DNA of 64,000 nucleotides from Azolla caroliniana (taxonomy: Eukaryota; Plantae; Polypodiophyta). The notes beneath the pieces are model-generated. The model did not search any database, was not told the origin of the DNA, and was given only the letters and a program-made list of their open reading frames with translations. The stretch spans positions 4,588,001 to 4,652,000 of the forward strand of contig JBHGNT010000002.1 in assembly GCA_043228905.1 (NCBI GenBank). The letters run 5' to 3'. This document shows positions 58,301 to 64,000 of this stretch, piece by piece (the stretch's first letter is position 1; each line of letters starts with the position of its first letter). A program made the translations under genes and the position numbers.

Positions 58301-61300
58301 AGCAGAGAGCCTTGATACACATAGAAGGATATATTGTGAACATGGATGTGGCTAATACTGTTTCTATGAACTACCTAAATATTCTCCATGCAACATTATT
58401 CTCAAAAACAGAAACCAATCTCTCTGCATACCTAACAATTGGCAACAGTTCGGTTTGAACCGAACCGAACCGTGAAACCGCGACTTAACAGCTTAACGGT
58501 TTCAACGGTTCGGTTCAGGTTTAGGTTTTTTAAAACGGTTTCAGTTCGGTTTCAACAGTCAGAAACCGCGGTTTAAACGGTTTAACGGTTTTTTATTTTT
58601 ATTGTTTTTTTTTTATTTTTAAAAATTTGTTTTTAAACAATCTTTTCATTTTTAGACCTTACTCTCACATTTTAGGAACATCTTTAAAATTTAAAAAAAT
58701 TTAAATAATGAAATATTATAATTTTAAACTTTTAAAAATTAAATTTTGACCTAAGTTGAAAACCGAAACCGCAGTTTTACAGTTTGAAAAATATTTAACA
58801 GTTCGGTTTAACGGTTTCGTAGTTCGGTTCGGTTCAGGTTTCAAAAAAATTAAACGGTTCGGTTTTGACCCTCTCAAACCAAACCGTTGCCGATTGTTAT
58901 GCATACCTTCTCATTTGAAGCAGGGCCTTTTTTGCTATCAGATTCCCTTGCTGTAAGAGCTGCAAACCCAACGGACGGTAACCCTGAAAGAGAGGATTCA
59001 CTATTGAAGTAAAGGCAGATGATGCTTTACATTAAATAACTTGATAGGCATATGAAGTACGATGTTGCATAGGGTAGCCAGCAGATCATGGTTGTTCAGA
59101 ATTTCAAGAGCATAGGAATCAGCAAACCTGATTGAAAGACGAGCAATTTTCCCCCATTAGATTTGATTGCGAGAGATGCCCCCTGTTTCAGAGAATCATC
59201 ATAAGAACCCAAATTTATCTCACTCATGCTAAATACTATTCAAAAACTCTAAAATACCCCCAAGTTTTTCTTTATTCCTGAAAGACCACAAAGTTTTGAC
59301 ATCTACACAGATACCTTGCTCAATTACCCTCTTAAGCAATTTTGAACGATTATAAAGCCGAGCCAATTCAAGCTCTTTTCACTCATCAATGAGTGGCATT
59401 GGAGAAACAACTAAGGGTTATGAGCATTTGGGAAAATAAAGGAAACCTTAGGGCATTCAGGTATTTCAGAATTTTTCCTGAACAATAATTATGATGGCAT
59501 ACAGAGTGTTGTAGAATTTTTGCCAGAATTTCAAATATATGCATGCCACTGAGCTTTGAAGATACTTACTTTGATAGCAGCACCTAAAGCTGCGTCTGCA
59601 ATTGTTGTGCCTTGAAACATGTTTGGAATATTTTCAAGTAACAAGTCCAATTGGTCACGATACTGTTATGAAAGTGAGCAAGTGTATTTGAATGACAAAA
59701 AATAACCAACAGCAAAATTTTAAGCACAAACATGCCTTGTTTATTAGACTTGAACAATACAAACCTCAATTACTGGTACTATCAATCCTGACTGAAGTGG
59801 AGTGTAAACATCTTGCACATCAGGCACCACTAACATTGATGGCTGTCAATGAAACAAGCATAAATAAATCTTGAGTTCAAGTACTCAGAAAGAAAGACAT
59901 CAACAAGCCAAGGATAAAAAAACAGGCCAACAACAGATCCTTTAAACAAGTCTGACACATATTGTATCATTCCAAACAATGTGGTACATGATTTCCTCCA
60001 TGCTCGGAAACATAGGGGGTGCAGTGTCTGTAGTGGAAGTTCAAGATCTATGCATGGTTTTAACAAAATACAACGTGATTCATTGGTACTAAAAAATGTT
60101 GTGAGCACTCTGTGTGCGCAAACATCAGAAAAGAGATTATCGAATCACCTGCTGAGCTTGACTAAAGTTGTAAAAATGCAATGTGTTGTCAAATGTCGCA
60201 ATGCCAACCTTCACATTTGGAACCTTCTGGAGAAACAAATAAGTGGGAATTTTAGTTGCAATAATAACCTGAGGAGAACTTTAATCGACATAAGAAAGCA
60301 AAAACAAAAGTCTTAACTGGAAGGTCTGCAAGTGCTCTCTGCACTGCACTACATGCAGCTCCAGCAGCCCCAGTTGCTACTGCATTCATTGATACATCTA
60401 TGAGGAAAAAGAATACTGGAAACATTGGTGGCCGAACCTGTAAAACAATACAAATGTCAAAGGTAGTCCTGGTATATATACAAGTACTTGTATTTTGGCT
60501 ACATCCACATGGTTTAACCAGTGAAAGATAACTCCGTTCAAACATTATGGGAATTTAACTTTATTAAGGGGCCGATGCAATTTCCCACTATTCAAATTCA
60601 TCAAATGCCTATATTACCCAAAAAGCTTCATTTCACTAAGACTCAAGAGCAAAAGCAGTCTAAAATGTTACTATTCAAGTTTCCAGCTCTGGGAATAGAA
60701 ATTAGAGATATAATAGAGTAATAACATTTCCAAAGATATCAGGTATCTGAGCTACTAGAACTGTATTATAGGAAAAGCAACTTACAGAATATACTTTGGA
60801 AATCAACAAGTTAATACGCCCTCACCAAAAATTCTTTTGTTGCCACAAACTCCACTGTTCCTCTACAGAGCTCTGGTCTGCTGTCTGCATCACGCCGCCT
60901 ATTATCAGGTCCCAAATTGCAGTGATATTCACGTGGTGTATCATTTGTCTGACCTGAAAGTGTGAAGGAATGATAATTTAGAAAACCGGAATATTCACCA
61001 AAGATTATTTCTTTCCAACTTTTTTGTTTTGTTGGAAAGGAGACGTTTTGTTAAGTTTTCTATATTTATTGTTTTGCACAAACGTGTGCATACAAACCCC
61101 TTATATTTCAGACAAATTAGAACATGAGAGACAGTTCAAATTTGAAATCAACTGGTTTGATTATCAGCATTATGAGACAGCCACACAAGAAATTGCACTC
61201 AGGTGGCAACAGTGCACATGCAGTTATTGCAACCAGGAGAGAACAATATCTGAATAATTTGCCTACCTATAACCATCAAACATCTCTGACACAAAATTCA

Positions 61301-64000
61301 AGGAATTACCACAAAAGTTGCACTTGAAATGATGCCCTTGGTCAATAAACCTCATGAAAGGATTAATGTAGGCTTTGCATTTTGTACACCGGACAGGTCC
61401 ACTGTCACCGAAATCAACAATCTGCAAGTCAAAAGTTAGAAAAATAATATTGAAAAGAGTCTTGATACATGATATCTGTTTAAATGAAGTAGTTGCAAAT
61501 TTATAATGAGGGCTTTGGGATTACCTGAACAGGCTCCTCTAAGGGGTGGGGTAAGGCTAGGGGCTGTACCATGAGAGCCAATGGCATATTGGAGTTTGCC
61601 AATAAATCTCCTGAACAAGGAACCTAGTGCACAACAAATGGTTTAATGCATGAAAATTATAGGGAATCAAAGCATAGAAAATGTATTCAAATTATACCTG
61701 ATTAAGCGTGCATCTCATATACCGCGGACTACAATTCCCCGTATCTCTCACAATAAAATTACTGGTTGCAGACTTCACAAAGTAAAGGATATCATTCTCA
61801 ATAAACAAACAAGATTATTCTCCTTCAAATTCAAAGGTTGGAAAAGGAATACAGCATACCGGAGGTAAAGCAGCGTGACCATCTACTCTAGTTTCAAAAT
61901 TGATAACAATTGAGCTTGTTTGAGGTCGAGGGATTTGAGTAGGATCAATACGGGATGAGTTTTCACCTGAATTTGCAGGTGAGCCCGGCTGAGAAATGCC
62001 TGGGGCAAGATATTGACCCATACTTGGAGGTTGCAATGGTGCTTGTGTCTGTGTTGCCATACCAGGTACAGTTTGGGATCTTGGTGCCTGCATTATGGCC
62101 TATGTTCAGATATGAGATAGCAATGCTTACAAACATCTAATAACTTAGAAAAATTAGGTGCATGCTGCATTAAAGCTTCCCAACACCTGCTCATCAGAAG
62201 TGTACATGTAGTGAAGAGTGAATTTCAATATAAACAAAAGAAATGACCTCTTAATTGCTGTAAATCCTTAACATCCTTCCAATCTAAATGCTTCTCGAAT
62301 GGACAATATTATTTTCGACAAATATTTTTAGTTTGATGGCCATTATTTTGCATTACAAAAAATGAAAAGCAAATGCTATAAGCTCTGCCCTCAGCCCACC
62401 AAAAACTTATAATGAGCAGAAGCTTCAGAAATTTGGCTGCAGTGTCTTCCATTGCTTCTCTTTATATGTTTTGGGAAAAGATAAGCAATAGAGATTTCCA
62501 TCATTTTCATTGCTCTTAATTGACACAATCAGTGTTGATGGCAGATAAATTCAATATTCACATTTCAACAACAACAAAATAGTTGGTTAATGTGACAGTG
62601 GTAGCTATCATCCACCAGCTCAGCAACTTCGTATAATGGTCTCCAATGTTACAATTTCCATCATGTGTCTAAAACTCTAAATAATCCAGAATCAAGCGTT
62701 CAACAAACAGAAATGATGATTGGTAAAGAGGACTTTGTTGTATACATGAGACAGCTCCTCGTGCATATGAGAATTCCCTTAGATGCAAAAAGGTGTGAAG
62801 GGCCTATAATCTCAAGATTCAGAATAAGAAGCTAGAGTTGGCCAAAGTAAAAGCAGCTAGCTAGGGCATCATCGAAGAGCTCCATAAGCTAATTGATCGG
62901 TAATCACTTAATATATTAATTTCTAATGCTACAATTTCCAGATGTGCGAGTATCCATAACTCCCAATAGTCCACATTGCACACTTTTGTAGGAGTCTATT
63001 TTCCATATCTAATTTACAAGACGTCTTTGAGCTCACTTCAGTACATTAATTAATTATTTAATCCATTTCTCCATTGACAAGCACTGACAATTTTACATTG
63101 TACTCGCAAAGGAGGCAGAAGTTCCGGTCTACCTAAACTGACAACATTAAGCACTTGCTAATGGGAATATTCAGGTACCTTACACAGTTTTACTAATGCC
63201 GTTAATACTTATTTTGGTTTGTTCTTCTCCAAGATGAGATAACATTTCAAGATGTACACTCTTGTTCAGTCTTATAGGCCTCTTAAAAGACATTAAATCT
63301 TTCATTAATTGTGTATTAATCCACCTCTTTTTTTCTTTCATTCATTGTATATTAATCCGCCGATGCATGCATCTATCCATCTATCTGGCACGTCCTTGAG
63401 CCACAAGTGATTCATTGAAAAAATCTCTCTCCATACATTAATCAACATATTAATATTTTTATCTAACCAGCACTAGCTTCTCACACAAACAAGGGGTTCA
63501 TGGAAAAAATTTCTTGAACATTAACCAATCTATTTATTTATATATCTAGCAAGTACTTGTATGCTCACACAAATCAATGCCGGTTTATGCAGCCATGTAC
63601 CTAAGAAGAAATGCAACAAAAGTAGCTAAATACATCACTCACCTGAGGTATTGCTCCAGAGAAATTTGGAGGGGCTCCAGCCCAAGATCGCGATGCTGAT
63701 GGGGGAGCCCCAATCCCAGTTGGTGGAGCTAAGGCGGAACCACTATAACCACCTGGAGGACCTTGTGGTCTTTGTGGATATGTTCCAGAGCTGGTCATCA
63801 CAGGGGGTTGACCGGGAGGTCTAACAGATGATTGAAGGGGTTGTGATGATGTCGCAGATCCAGGATAAATTGCACCATTACCTTGGGCATTGCTTTGGGA
63901 ATTCAGTTGAGTACCTGCAGTTGATGACGACAACGGGATTTGGCCAGGATAAATTGGGCCATTCGCTTGAGGATTGATTTGACGTATTTGGGTACTTGAT
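55378..64000 (-). CDS. SEC24: COPII coat protein SEC24C-like (CEF-like); 5' end outside window
   Basis: Exons: >64000-63643, 62087-61860, 61772-61698, 61623-61525, 61421-61310, 60953-60826, 60437-60318, 60226-60149, 59842-59765, 59662-59570, 59182-59128, 58983-58907, 58084-58013, 57940-57857, 57772-57653, 57559-57491, 57410-57333, 57149-57011, 56887-56723, 56655-56510, 56429-56247, 55928-55840, 55679-55648, 55484-55378 (TAA). Motifs: RIDPTQIPRP, GNCSPRYMRCT, GPVRCTKCKAYINPFM, FFLIDVSMNA, EAVMRVRCSQGL, GQLILPEALKLLPLY, LVEDK..SYVEYLVYVHRQIQ. Confidence 0.95.
58433..58899. mobile_element. hAT-type MITE, copy 2 (467 bp), in a SEC24 intron at the donor site
   Basis: TIR TAACAATyGGCAAC...GTTGCCGATTGTTA; perfect 8-bp TSD TGCATACC at 58425-58432 and 58900-58907. 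Confidence 0.95.

Overview
Eukaryotic nuclear DNA from a land plant, probably a non-seed lineage such as a fern or lycophyte (inferred from the Tcn1-type chromovirus). Three intron-rich host genes are present: the 3' half of a PDS5 cohesin regulator (+, to 3889), a complete group III CPK13-like calcium-dependent protein kinase (+, 45755-52536) and most of a SEC24C-like COPII cargo adaptor (-, 55378 to beyond the window end). Between PDS5 and the CPK lies a ~31 kb nested retrotransposon island that target-site duplications (TSDs) resolve to four levels. An old minus-strand Copia holds a plus-strand Copia (9907-33228). That element holds a plastid psbD/psbC fragment, a solo LTR carrying a Tcn1-like chromovirus (14214-20046), and a gag-only Gypsy-like element. 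The last carries a solo LTR and a very young Tnt1/Tork-like Copia (23692-29294). There are also three copies of a hAT-type MITE, several LINE remnants and a captured NBR1 fragment. The three most unusual observations are: (1) the chromovirus has a self-priming PBS, and both its LTRs begin with an antisense tRNA-like Pol III A/B-box cassette that meets a T4 terminator just past the PPT; (2) a MITE duplicated a SEC24 splice donor, making an AG|GT site that could allow its exact removal by recursive splicing; (3) an NBR1 PB1-end-to-ZZ fragment is joined to a Copia integrase at an apparent microhomology. All coordinates and mismatch counts were read by eye; no searches were run.
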